Of a stretch of 56,841 nt of DNA, positions 1 to 9,194 are shown one piece after another. Position numbers and translations under genes: made by a program. Below the pieces are notes generated by a model. The model was not told the DNA's origin, made no database searches, and saw only the letters and a program-made list of their open reading frames with translations. Origin of the DNA: Saprospiraceae bacterium. GTDB taxonomy: Bacteria > Bacteroidota > Bacteroidia > Chitinophagales > Saprospiraceae. The stretch lies in NCBI GenBank assembly GCA_049315745.1, contig JBMOJO010000001.1:1-56841 (forward strand), read 5' to 3'. Position 1 is the first letter of the stretch. The number at the start of each line of letters is the position of its first letter.

Positions 1-105
1 GACACGTCATTTTCACGATTTCGCGAAGCGAAATCGTGAAAATGACGTGTCTCTCTAAACATTATTTGGCGCGAAGCGCCGTAAAAAGACTTTTTACACA
101 ACCGC
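1..105. repeat. Edge-truncated palindromic repeat: perfect 24-3-24 palindrome (1-51), GGCGC-GAA-GCGCC mini-hairpin (68-80), and family-B-like end CTTTTTACACAACC (90-103)
   Basis: Positions 1-24 are the exact reverse complement of 28-51. ATTATTTGGCGCGAAGCGC (61-79) recurs inverted at 8034-8052. The end motif recurs at 8285-8299 and 48632-48647. The element may continue left of the window. Confidence 0.6.
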
Positions 106-224
106 AATATAAAATGCTGCCGTTGGCAAACGATTTTTTCCTGTAAAAAAACCTGTATGGAGCGACAATTGCAAATTAAGTACAAAAAATTTATTTAAAA
201 GTGAATTTTTAATCTTTTTTGTTT

Positions 225-232
225 TATATTTG
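225..232 (+). promoter_or_regulatory. Candidate -7 box TATATTTG (TAnnTTTG type) upstream of comEC
   Basis: Perfect match to the Bacteroidota sigma-A -7 consensus, about 50 nt upstream of the ATG at 285, in an AT-rich leader. Confidence 0.35.
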
Positions 233-284
233 AGCGTGTAATTAAAAGCCCATTTCCACAAGCGCCCGCCCAATACACACAGTC

Positions 285-2420
285 ATGAATTGGCGGGAAT
301 TTCCATTGTTCAAAATTTTTCCGGCTTTTCTTCTAGGGATCCTTTTTACGGCGCGGATAATCCCTGAAGCTTACCCACCGGAATTTTTCCTTGTTTTGCT
401 GGGTGTTGCCCTGTGCAGTGTGCTGACGGGCATGGCAGGAGTGTTTGTACGTCGTAGTACCTGGCCATATTTTTGCTGGTTTCAGGCGGCATTTTTTTTA
501 CTTGGGGCATGGCGGTATTCTGCTGTTGCCGGTGAGCGAGTTTCAGGCAGACTTAGCGGGATCGCCGGAAAGGCGACACAGGTACTTGCCGCTGTGGAGG
601 AAGTTCGACAGGGGGTAAGCGTACACAAAGTTACCGCTAGGGTATATGCCGTAACGGACACGACCGGGGATGCGGTGCCCATGGAAGGGAAGGTGATGTT
701 GCTGTTAGAAAAGCGTACAGGGTCTGTGCCGGTTGCCGGCAATATAGTGAGTGTTCGCGGGCGGTTGGTCGAAATCGGGAACAATCCCAATCCGGGGGTA
801 TTCAATTACGCAGCTTATCTGCGCGGGAAGCGGATATACTGGCAGGTTTATGCAAGGTCGGGCGATTGGGCGGTATATCGTCGGGAATTAGCGGCGGGGC
901 CGGGCCGCTGGCTGCAGCGTTGTCGTCGGTATTGCCTCGACCGTCTTGGCACAGTTCTGCCCGGGGGTACAGAATATGCGATTGGGGCGGCATTGTTGCT
1001 GGGCAACCGGGAAAAGATGGACGCGGAGGTCCGGGATATATTCAGCCATACTGGGGCGATGCACATCCTTGCGGTTTCCGGGTTACATGTTGGGATGATT
1101 GCCTGGTGCCTGGGCAGGCTGCTCCAATGGGTGCCGGTGCGGAGCCGATGGGCAAAAGGCGCCGTTCAGGTGATCGGGATATGGGGATATGCGTTGCTGT
1201 GCGGCCTGGGCGCATCGGTAGTTCGTGCTGCGCTCATGTTTAGCTGGTTTACCCTGGGCAGGGTGCTGGATCGTCCTGTGAATATCTGGAACGCCCTCGG
1301 GGGGGCTGCCTTTTTTCTGCTTTTGATAGAACCCCTTTGGATATTTGATATTGGTTTCCAGTTGTCTTTTATGGCCGTTGCGGGCATCGTGCTTTTTGAG
1401 CCGCCCATATACAGGGCTTTATACGTTCGAAACCGCCTGCTGGATTATCTGTGGAAGTTAACGGCGGTTGGCCTGGCGGCACAGCTTGCGACGGCGCCTT
1501 TAGGAATCTATTATTTCCATCAGTTTCCGCTGCTTTTTTGGCTTTCCGGTTGGGTCGCCGTGCCATTGGGGGCGTTGTGCCAGGCGCTCGGGGCATTGTA
1601 TATCATACTGGCACAGGTGCCGGTTATCGGTCCGGGTGCTGGGTGCCTGCTCAATCTTGCGATAAAGGCGATGTACTGGGGCATCTACTGGATAGATCAA
1701 ATCCCGGGCGCCTGTATAAAAGGGTTGTGGCTGAGCGAATGGGGGGCGTGGTGTGCCTGCTTTTGTCTGGGGATTACAGCCTGGGCATTTTTTTTGTCAG
1801 ATAAGCGTGCCGTATGGGTGGGGGCGATGCTGTTATTTTTTGCCGGTATTCTCGAGTTATGTGCCGGGTTAAGAATATCGCAACGGTCCGAGGTGATTTG
1901 TTTTGGGATCAAAAATGCCTCGGCGCTGGAGTATTTGAATGGTCGGGCGGCCACGGGGTTTTATTTCGGCGATAGTGGGCGTATTGCAGCGCAGACGGAG
2001 GGATTTCACCTCCGTGGCCGGGTGCGGTCGCCGGCGCAGCTTCTGATAACGGATACCCTGATCAATCGTCAGGCGGGGGTATTGCAGCGGGGGCCAATGG
2101 CTGTTTTTGAGGCTACCCGTTTTTTTGTCTGGGATGGCAGGGACAGTTGCCGGCGTACGCCCCCGCCCGGTGCAGATTATTGGTTATTGCGCAATAGCCC
2201 ATTTGTGCCCGCGGGCATGCCGACGGATCGTTTTCCACGGCGTGCGGTCGTAATTGACGGCAGCAATTCGGCACGGAGTGTGCGCTTTTACCGGCGTTAT
2301 TTCGGGTCGAGGGGGGTAAAGGTACATTATACCCAAACGGACGGCGTATGGCATTTAAAACTAAAACCAAGAGAAGATGCAACACAAGTGGACAAGCCTC
2401 GATTATTTTTCTCCGGGTGA
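285..2420 (+). CDS. comEC: ComEC/Rec2 family DNA internalisation channel protein
   Basis: 711-aa polytopic membrane ORF with the competence-domain signature ...HTGAMHILAVSGLHVG.... The C-terminal ~190 aa are soluble and carry no HxHxDH motif. Confidence 0.85.
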   Translation: MNWREFPLFKIFPAFLLGILFTARIIPEAYPPEFFLVLLGVALCSVLTGMAGVFVRRSTWPYFCWFQAAFFLLGAWRYSAVAGERVSGRLSGIAGKATQVLAAVEEVRQGVSVHKVTARVYAVTDTTGDAVPMEGKVMLLLEKRTGSVPVAGNIVSVRGRLVEIGNNPNPGVFNYAAYLRGKRIYWQVYARSGDWAVYRRELAAGPGRWLQRCRRYCLDRLGTVLPGGTEYAIGAALLLGNREKMDAEVRDIFSHTGAMHILAVSGLHVGMIAWCLGRLLQWVPVRSRWAKGAVQVIGIWGYALLCGLGASVVRAALMFSWFTLGRVLDRPVNIWNALGGAAFFLLLIEPLWIFDIGFQLSFMAVAGIVLFEPPIYRALYVRNRLLDYLWKLTAVGLAAQLATAPLGIYYFHQFPLLFWLSGWVAVPLGALCQALGALYIILAQVPVIGPGAGCLLNLAIKAMYWGIYWIDQIPGACIKGLWLSEWGAWCACFCLGITAWAFFLSDKRAVWVGAMLLFFAGILELCAGLRISQRSEVICFGIKNASALEYLNGRAATGFYFGDSGRIAAQTEGFHLRGRVRSPAQLLITDTLINRQAGVLQRGPMAVFEATRFFVWDGRDSCRRTPPPGADYWLLRNSPFVPAGMPTDRFPRRAVVIDGSNSARSVRFYRRYFGSRGVKVHYTQTDGVWHLKLKPREDATQVDKPRLFFSG

Positions 2421-3261
2421 ACGGAGGGCCTTACTGATGATCCTGGGGTTATCGGCAGTTTTTTTTTCCTTTCCGACTGCGAGGCTTCCTTCCTCCGGCG
2501 AGGTAACCTTTACAACAGCGGATAAGGAATGGCTGGAATCCGGGTACCGCAAATGGCAGTCGGAGAATACTGAAAATCAGCAGAAAAAAAAGTCCGGAGG
2601 GGTAAGAATTACGGTTTTGCACACCTTCGATCCCAACCGGACAACCCGGGAAGCGTTGTTGGGGATGGGGATCCCCGGCAGGGTTGCGCAGGGTTGGGCA
2701 AGGTACCTGGAAAAAGGGGGGAGGTTTAAGTCAAAGGAAGCCGTGCGGAAAATCTATGGCATGGAGGAGTCCTGGTTTTTACAGCTTCGCCCCTGGATGC
2801 GTATCGAGCAGGAGCGGGATACTTTTCCCCCGTCAGGGATAAAACCATTTCGACGAAAGCCCCTTTGCGTTGCGATCGAGATCAACCTTGCAGATTCTGC
2901 CGCATGGGAGCAACTGCCGGGCATAGGGCCGGTGCTTGCCGGACGGATTGTCCGTTTTCGGGACCGGCTCGGCGGCTTTTATGGTATTCATCAGGTAGGG
3001 GAGACTTATGGGCTTGCGGACTCGGTTTTCCAGCGTATTTTACCCTGCCTTGAGCTTTCTGGGGGGCATCGGCACCTGGATATTAACCAGGCAGCAGAAA
3101 ACGAACTGCGGTCCCATCCTTATATAGGCTATAAACTGGCCAGGATGATTATGGCCTACCGGCAGCAGCACGGTGCGTTTGCTGCCCCCGAGGAGCTTTT
3201 AAAGCTGCCTTTAATGGATACGCTTACACTGGAACGTCTAAAACCTTATCTTCGCAAATAA
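2377..3261 (+). CDS. ComEA-like tandem helix-hairpin-helix DNA-binding protein
   Basis: N-terminal membrane anchor (FSPGERRALLMILGLSAVFF). Two HhH modules (LPGIGPVLAGRIVRFRDRLGGF and HPYIGYKLARMIMAYRQQHGAF). Overlaps the comEC 3' end by 44 nt. Confidence 0.7.
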   Translation: MQHKWTSLDYFSPGERRALLMILGLSAVFFSFPTARLPSSGEVTFTTADKEWLESGYRKWQSENTENQQKKKSGGVRITVLHTFDPNRTTREALLGMGIPGRVAQGWARYLEKGGRFKSKEAVRKIYGMEESWFLQLRPWMRIEQERDTFPPSGIKPFRRKPLCVAIEINLADSAAWEQLPGIGPVLAGRIVRFRDRLGGFYGIHQVGETYGLADSVFQRILPCLELSGGHRHLDINQAAENELRSHPYIGYKLARMIMAYRQQHGAFAAPEELLKLPLMDTLTLERLKPYLRK

Positions 3262-3269
3262 AGGTTAAT

Positions 3270-4235
3270 ATGATCCGGTGTGCTGTGCTTTTTTGTTTTG
3301 CTTCGGTTATGTGCTGGGGCTGTAGTGGAGGTAAGGACAGGGAGGTCTCTGGCAGCGGGCCCGGCGCGGCATTTAATACCTATTGGAGACAGGGAAAGGC
3401 GGAGCTGTCGCGGTTTGCGTTGTCCCAAAACCGCTATCGGGGCAATCACCCCGGAGAAGTGGTACAAATTTTTGTGACAGAAGATTTTCTGACAGACCGC
3501 CAGGTCAAGAACGAGCGATACACGGGGCGGCATTCGGCCCCCGTGCTCAAGTTGAATGCCATCCATCGGTTTGCTACCGGGATTTATGACTATTCGGTTA
3601 TGACTTCCGTATTTTCGCCGATACACGCAGACGGGATATCGGTTCCCTTTAAACTGACCAACAGCGCACAGGATTGGTGTGGGCAGTCTTTTATGCAGGT
3701 AAACCGCTTAAACAAGCACCTGAAAATTTTCTGGAATGCCTATTTTGAGCTGGAAGGGGATGCGGGTATTGCTATACCTTTGGTGCTGATGGAAGACGGG
3801 ATTTGGTGCCAGATCCGGATTGACCCCGATGCACTGCCGACAGGGAGGTTCCGGATATTGCCCGCACTGGCTTATTTCCGGCTGATGCATATTCCTGTGA
3901 AAGTTTATGCGGCAGAGGGCGGAAGCTATGCCTACCGCGGGAATCGTTTTCCCGGTGCACAGTTGAGGGTCTATCGGGTGCATTATCCGGAACTACAGCG
4001 TACCCTGGAGATTGTGTACGAATCAACGCCACCTTACCGGATAGCCGGGTGGGAGGAAACACATCCATCGCTCGGGGATAAAAAAATACGGCGCACGGTC
4101 GCAATCAGGACACATACCATCCTGAGCCCATACTGGCAGTTGAACGGCAGTGCCGATCTGCCCTGGAGGGATTCTCTGGGCATGAGCGGTTTTTCGGGGC
4201 TGCAGGAAGAAGGACAGGGGGATTTCAGGCAGTGA
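3270..4235 (+). CDS. Hypothetical lipoprotein
   Basis: 321-aa ORF with a signal peptide and lipobox-like Cys (FASVMCWGCSGG). No domain recognised. Confidence 0.6.
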   Translation: MIRCAVLFCFASVMCWGCSGGKDREVSGSGPGAAFNTYWRQGKAELSRFALSQNRYRGNHPGEVVQIFVTEDFLTDRQVKNERYTGRHSAPVLKLNAIHRFATGIYDYSVMTSVFSPIHADGISVPFKLTNSAQDWCGQSFMQVNRLNKHLKIFWNAYFELEGDAGIAIPLVLMEDGIWCQIRIDPDALPTGRFRILPALAYFRLMHIPVKVYAAEGGSYAYRGNRFPGAQLRVYRVHYPELQRTLEIVYESTPPYRIAGWEETHPSLGDKKIRRTVAIRTHTILSPYWQLNGSADLPWRDSLGMSGFSGLQEEGQGDFRQ

Positions 4236-4379
4236 AAGGTGTTGTTGAAGCTATGGGGGAGGCGTGCTGCAAAAAATCGTTTTGCCGGTTTTTGCCCGCA
4301 GAAATGCCGCTGTGTGCCAAAAAAGATATATTTTCACTTTTTACACCGGCCAAGGCGCGTAACAAACGGATGGAGTGGC

Positions 4380-5117
4380 ATGACAAATTTTGACAATTTT
4401 TTCAAATCGGCGTTTACCGTTGATAATGTGATTTTTGGATTCGATGAGGGGGATTTGAAGGTGTTGCTGATCAAGCGGGCAGAGGAACCGTTTTTTGGAT
4501 ACTGGGCATTGCCAGGGTACTTTGTTTATCCGGACGAGGACCTGGATACGGCAGCAAACCGGGTCTTGTATGAGCTGACGGGCCTGAGGGACGTTTACCT
4601 CGAGCAGGTGCATACTTTCGGAGCGGTCAACCGGCACTCTTTTGGGCGCGTAATTACGGTAGCCTATTTTTCCCTGATCAAAATCAGCAATTTTTCGATC
4701 CAGCCGGCTTCTATCGCTTCCAAGGCCCAGTGGCATTCCATTGCACAGCTGCCGGGACTCGCTTTCGATCACAGTAAGATCCTGCAATCTTGTTTCGACA
4801 GGCTGAAGTGGCTCGCGCACTCCAGGCCGGTAGGTTTTGAGCTGCTTCCGCCGAAATTCACCCTCACAGAGCTGCAGCATCTTTATGAGGCAATCATGGA
4901 AACCGAGCTGGACAAGCGGAATTTCCGCAAAAAAATATTGTCTATGAAACTCCTGATAGACCTCGACGAGACACAGGAGGGCGTTGCGCATCGCCCGGCG
5001 CGGTTGTTTATGTTTGACCGAAGCCGGTATGACGAGCTGTTGGAGGAGGGTTTCAGCTTTGAATTAAAAGAGACGCGCAAAAAAGATTACAGTCGGGCAC
5101 GCAGCAGCGCTTCCTAA
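4380..5117 (+). CDS. NUDIX hydrolase fused to a C-terminal winged-helix domain (NrtR-like regulator architecture)
   Basis: NUDIX-fold region (GYWALPGYFVYPDEDLDTAANRVLYELTG). The C-terminal ~90 aa resemble the NrtR DNA-binding domain. The ATG at 4380 (MTNFDNFF) is preferred over the ORF-track start at 4239. Confidence 0.65.
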   Translation: MTNFDNFFKSAFTVDNVIFGFDEGDLKVLLIKRAEEPFFGYWALPGYFVYPDEDLDTAANRVLYELTGLRDVYLEQVHTFGAVNRHSFGRVITVAYFSLIKISNFSIQPASIASKAQWHSIAQLPGLAFDHSKILQSCFDRLKWLAHSRPVGFELLPPKFTLTELQHLYEAIMETELDKRNFRKKILSMKLLIDLDETQEGVAHRPARLFMFDRSRYDELLEEGFSFELKETRKKDYSRARSSAS

Positions 5118-5893
5118 TACTGCCTGCCTTTTCCGTCGCGTACCATGATCTGTAGCGCCGAAGGGTAGAGGTTCCGGTATTTTTTGATGGCTGCTGCGAT
5201 TGCCCCGTTATCGGCAGCAGACCTGCGCAGAAAAGGATAGGCGGAGGCATCCGCCGGTTGGCCTTCAACCGACAGTCCATTTTCATCAATAGAGTAGTAG
5301 CCATAGAACCCTTTCGGAAGTTCAATGGGTTGGCTGAGGTCAAAAATTTCCTGGACCAGGCTCAAAGCGAGGTTTTTTGAATCAGGGGTAAAAGTGACAT
5401 ATCCCCAGACAGACTCGGCCGGTATCCGCATCAGGTCTTTTTGTTCAATGACCAGTCCATGCTCGGTATCCAGACGAAGCTGGTAGCGGTCGGGCTGTAC
5501 GCTAAGGGTGCCTTTGTTGATCACCGCACCGCGCAGGTCAACCGCAATCGGGTAATTTCCGTGCCCGAGTTCTCCCGCATTGGTTTCGGCATGGATCTTT
5601 CCAGGTTTATGATCACAGGTAAACGGTGCGGCAATACGGAGCAGGGAGAGGAGCAGGGCATTCCCCTGGCTTCTCCAGATATACTGTATGGCGTAATTGC
5701 TGCAATCGTACGCTTTGATGGTTGAGACCCGCAGGATGAAGGCCCGGCCGGAGGTGTCGAGGGTTTCCCGCATCTGAAGGCTGAACTCCTTGGCAATTTC
5801 GGTTACTACAATAGGGGTTTCCGGTTTATCAATCGCACAAGCCGAAACGAGAAAAATCTTAAGGATCAATAGCGTATAAAAATGCTGTCGCAT
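5114..5893 (-). CDS. Hypothetical lipoprotein
   Basis: 259-aa ORF with signal peptide and lipobox (LKIFLVSACAID). Its stop overlaps the NUDIX gene stop region (convergent). Confidence 0.55.
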   Translation of the reverse strand: MRQHFYTLLILKIFLVSACAIDKPETPIVVTEIAKEFSLQMRETLDTSGRAFILRVSTIKAYDCSNYAIQYIWRSQGNALLLSLLRIAAPFTCDHKPGKIHAETNAGELGHGNYPIAVDLRGAVINKGTLSVQPDRYQLRLDTEHGLVIEQKDLMRIPAESVWGYVTFTPDSKNLALSLVQEIFDLSQPIELPKGFYGYYSIDENGLSVEGQPADASAYPFLRRSAADNGAIAAAIKKYRNLYPSALQIMVRDGKGRQY

Positions 5894-6071
5894 GGATTAC
5901 ATCTGGCTTAAAGGATTAGTGCATCATTTGGCTTGTCGTGAGGGCGTCGTCGCAACAAGCATAACACTTATATAACGATGATAAATCATTTGATGCTGCC
6001 TGGCATCGAAAGCACACGGTATAAACTTTTGAACCCATAAACAAAGGGCAGCAATGTTGGGTTAATTTCAC

Positions 6072-6079
6072 TACCTTTG
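6072..6079 (+). promoter_or_regulatory. Candidate -7 box TACCTTTG upstream of lepA
   Basis: Perfect TAnnTTTG match about 70 nt upstream of the lepA ATG. Confidence 0.35.
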
Positions 6080-6148
6080 CAGCGCAAAATGCAGGCCTTA
6101 CATATTCGGGCTGCAGAAGGCCGCCGAACATAGCATATTGAATCAACA

Positions 6149-7942
6149 ATGAAGCATATTCGCAATTTTTGTGTGATCGCGCATATTGACCACGGAAAAA
6201 GCACGCTCTCTGACCGACTTCTCGAAATGACGAGTACCCTGGATAGCCGGCAGATGATGGACCAAACCCTGGACAATATGGACCTGGAGCGGGAGCGCGG
6301 TATTACGATCAAAAGCCACGCGGTACAGATGTACTATGCGCACACCGACGGTCAGATGTACACGTTCAATTTAATTGATACCCCCGGCCATGTAGATTTT
6401 TCCTACGAGGTCTCCCGCTCAATCGCAGCTTGCGAAGGCGCTTTACTACTGGTGGATGCTACCCAGGGTATTCAGGCCCAAACGATATCCAACCTCTATC
6501 TCGCGATCGAACATAACCTGGAAATCATCCCCATCCTCAATAAAATTGATATGGAAAGCGCGATGATTGATGAGGTGTCCGAACAAATCATAGACCTGAT
6601 CGGCTGTAAAAAGGAAGATATTATCCTGGCGAGTGGCCGTACGGGGCAGGGCGTTGCAGATATCATGAAAGCTGCAGTAGAACGCATCCCTCCACCAAAA
6701 GGGGATCCTGAAGCACCCCTGGAAGCCCTTATCTTCGATTCCGTCTTCAATTCTTTCCGGGGCGTAGTCGTTTATTTCCGGATCATGAATGGTACCCTGC
6801 GAAAAGGGGACAGGGTGCGTTTCTTCAATACGGAAAAGGAATATTTCGCCGATGAAATCGGGATCCTGCAAATCAATCAGATACCCCGGCCGGAACTGAA
6901 GGCAGGGGATGTCGGCTATATTATTACCGGGATCAAAAACTCTAAGGAAATCAAAGTCGGCGATACCATCACGCTTGCCGAAAACCCCTGCGAAAAAGCA
7001 ATCCAGGGATTCGAAGATGTCAAGCCCATGGTCTTTGCAGGGATTTTTCCGATTGATAACGATGATTTTGAGGATCTCCGGGATAGCCTGGAAAAATTGC
7101 AGCTCAACGATGCTTCTCTGGTTTTTGAACCGGAAACCTCCGTCGCCCTGGGTTTCGGTTTTCGCTGCGGATTCCTCGGGATGCTGCACCTGGAAATTAT
7201 TCAGGAACGCCTGTCCCGGGAATTCAATATGGAGGTCATTACAACGGTGCCCAACGTATCCTACTATGCACATACGACCAAAGGGGAAAAACTCACGATC
7301 CGGACACCTTCCGATCTGCCCGACACTTCCAGCCTCTCTTATGTGGAGGAGCCTTATATCCGTGCCCAAGTCATCACTAAACCTGAATATATCGGCACCA
7401 TCATGACACTGTCTATGGAAAAAAGGGGCTTGCTGGTCCGGCAGCACTATTTGACAACAGACCGGGTAGAGCTGACTTTCGAGATGCCGCTTGCTGAAAT
7501 CGTCTTCGATTTTTACGACCGCCTGAAGTCTATTTCCAGAGGATATGCTTCTTTTGATTATTATCCAATCGAGTACCGGGAATCCGATCTCGTGAAAATG
7601 GATATCAAGCTCAACGGCGACAATGTAGATGCCTTGTCTGCACTTGTGCACCGCGAAAAAGCGGAGTCTTTTGGCCGTAAAATCTGTAAACGTTTGCGGG
7701 ACCTGCTGCCGCGACAGCAGTTCATGATCGCCATACAGGCGGCTGTCGGGGCGAAAATTATCGCTCGGGAAACGATTTCCGCCCTCAGGAAGGATGTCAC
7801 GGCAAAGTGCTATGGGGGGGATATCTCCAGAAAACGCAAATTGCTGGAGAAACAAAAAGAAGGCAAGAAAAAAATGCGCCAAATCGGCAATGTCGAAGTG
7901 CCGCAAAAAGCCTTCCTGGAAGTGTTGAAGCTCAATAATTAA
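6149..7942 (+). CDS. lepA: Translation elongation factor 4 (LepA)
   Basis: N-terminus [33 protein letters not shown]-motifs and the conserved LepA C-terminal domain. 597 aa. Confidence 0.97.
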   Translation: MKHIRNFCVIAHIDHGKSTLSDRLLEMTSTLDSRQMMDQTLDNMDLERERGITIKSHAVQMYYAHTDGQMYTFNLIDTPGHVDFSYEVSRSIAACEGALLLVDATQGIQAQTISNLYLAIEHNLEIIPILNKIDMESAMIDEVSEQIIDLIGCKKEDIILASGRTGQGVADIMKAAVERIPPPKGDPEAPLEALIFDSVFNSFRGVVVYFRIMNGTLRKGDRVRFFNTEKEYFADEIGILQINQIPRPELKAGDVGYIITGIKNSKEIKVGDTITLAENPCEKAIQGFEDVKPMVFAGIFPIDNDDFEDLRDSLEKLQLNDASLVFEPETSVALGFGFRCGFLGMLHLEIIQERLSREFNMEVITTVPNVSYYAHTTKGEKLTIRTPSDLPDTSSLSYVEEPYIRAQVITKPEYIGTIMTLSMEKRGLLVRQHYLTTDRVELTFEMPLAEIVFDFYDRLKSISRGYASFDYYPIEYRESDLVKMDIKLNGDNVDALSALVHREKAESFGRKICKRLRDLLPRQQFMIAIQAAVGAKIIARETISALRKDVTAKCYGGDISRKRKLLEKQKEGKKKMRQIGNVEVPQKAFLEVLKLNN

Positions 7943-8026
7943 AATAGCTGGAAAAATCGCGTTGCGGTTATTCTGACCGCATCCCCGGCAGCAACGTCGC
8001 AGGATATGTGGTCTCATCAGTCGTTG

Positions 8027-8054
8027 TTATTCTGCGCTTCGCGCCAAATAATAA
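8027..8054. repeat. Mini-hairpin repeat module (GCGC-TTC-GCGC with AAATAAT flank)
   Basis: Positions 8034-8052 are the exact reverse complement of 61-79. Related modules occur at 18008-18025, 40705-40722 and 48571-48585. Confidence 0.6.
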
Positions 8055-8057
8055 CTT

Positions 8058-8299
8058 GGGGTTGCGTAAAAAGTAATTTGCCCTCTTCGGCGGCGAGATT
8101 TAATGTTGGACTTGTTGCGATGTGATCCCCATGGGGTAAAAATGGCCCTTTTTCGGCCACTTAGCCGGGCTACCCTCCCTCAAAAAGCCATCGGGTGGAC
8201 GAAAAACAGCTTATTTCTTCCACTACGATAACCCATCGCAATAAGTCTAATGAAACAGGGGGTGTAAAAAAAGCCTTCTCTCGCCTTTTATACAACCCC
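8058..8299. mobile_element. MITE-like element, family B (termini GGGGTTGCGTAAAAG ... CTTTTATACAACCCC)
   Basis: The terminal inverted repeats are read directly. The subterminal segments TTGGACTTGTTGCGATG and CATCGCAATAAGTCTAA are also inverted. There is no ORF. A related 102-bp copy lies at 48546-48647. Confidence 0.6.
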
Positions 8300-8882
8300 T
8301 GCCCCACACGCCCGCTGGCACAAACTTTGCGGCAGCAGAACGGCACGTGGTACCAGCCCTTCAGTTCACCTCCGGGCTATTCCCTTTTTCATAGATAACC
8401 TCTCAAAGCTCACGGATAATAAGCTGCGTTGCTTAAACCCGGTGATTACGTGGTGTCATATAGTCGAGGCTTGCAATGATGCCCCCGCCTACAACAAAAG
8501 CTCCTAAAACAATGTACAGAACAAGCATGAGATGACCGATTTGAAATAATGAACAAGTTTGCTTCCTTCCCAAATGCAAGCGATGTCCATGGGTGTGCCG
8601 GCCAAAACAGGTTATACAAATGCACGGGCATCTGTACAATACACGAATGATGGGATGTGTTGCTAATGGATATGTTCTGTATTTCCTGATTGGAATTGCT
8701 TAGGCGAAAATAGAAAAAACAAATATAAGTAGGATACAATTAGGGGGTGTTTTTTCTTAAAAAAATGCAACCGTTGGCGGGAAGCGGCATATCCGGTTTT
8801 TGTAACGGTAATTCGGCCAATTTTTCTGGAATATTCCGGGGCCCGGCCCGGACAAGCCCCATGCTGCGTGGGGATGGGCGTG

Positions 8883-9110
8883 CTATTTTTCGGGGGGATT
8901 GCGCCGGTCGCGGCTTTGTTTATCGTGCAGGGGCGGTATGCCCTGGTTGAGGGCATAGCGGTGAATACCCTTCCTGACCCTGGAAACTTCTTCCTTTAGT
9001 TCCGGATAATTATGGAGAAAGCTGGCAACAATCTGGTCTTCCTCAGGATCGGTCAGTCCCAGGATATGTTGATGCAATAACCCGGAGGATAAAAATTTTT
9101 CCTTGTCCAT
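8883..9110 (-). CDS. Short ORF resembling the N-terminal domain of RskA-like anti-sigma factors (possibly a gene remnant)
   Basis: MDKEKFLSSGLLHQHILGLTDPEEDQIVASFLHNYPELKEEV matches the usual N-terminal pattern of Bacteroidota anti-sigma proteins. The ORF stops after 75 aa, and no ECF sigma gene lies upstream. Confidence 0.35.
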   Translation of the reverse strand: MDKEKFLSSGLLHQHILGLTDPEEDQIVASFLHNYPELKEEVSRVRKGIHRYALNQGIPPLHDKQSRDRRNPPEK

Positions 9111-9194
9111 TTTTGGGTATCGGGATGGGTCGTTTCTGAAATTAACCGACTAAAAATAATTCATAACCAAACTATTGCGAAATTGTTTCCGATT

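Noticed and set aside
6446-8017. 523-aa ORF antisense to lepA
   Set aside because: It lies entirely within, and opposite to, an unmistakable LepA gene. The translation is low-complexity with no motifs, which is a typical shadow ORF.
8433-8639. 68-aa minus-strand ORF ending in a hydrophobic segment (MLVLYIVLGAFVVGGGIIASL)
   Set aside because: No start context, no conservation evidence and Cys/His-rich junk-like N-terminal half. It may be part of the decayed anti-sigma locus rather than a gene.
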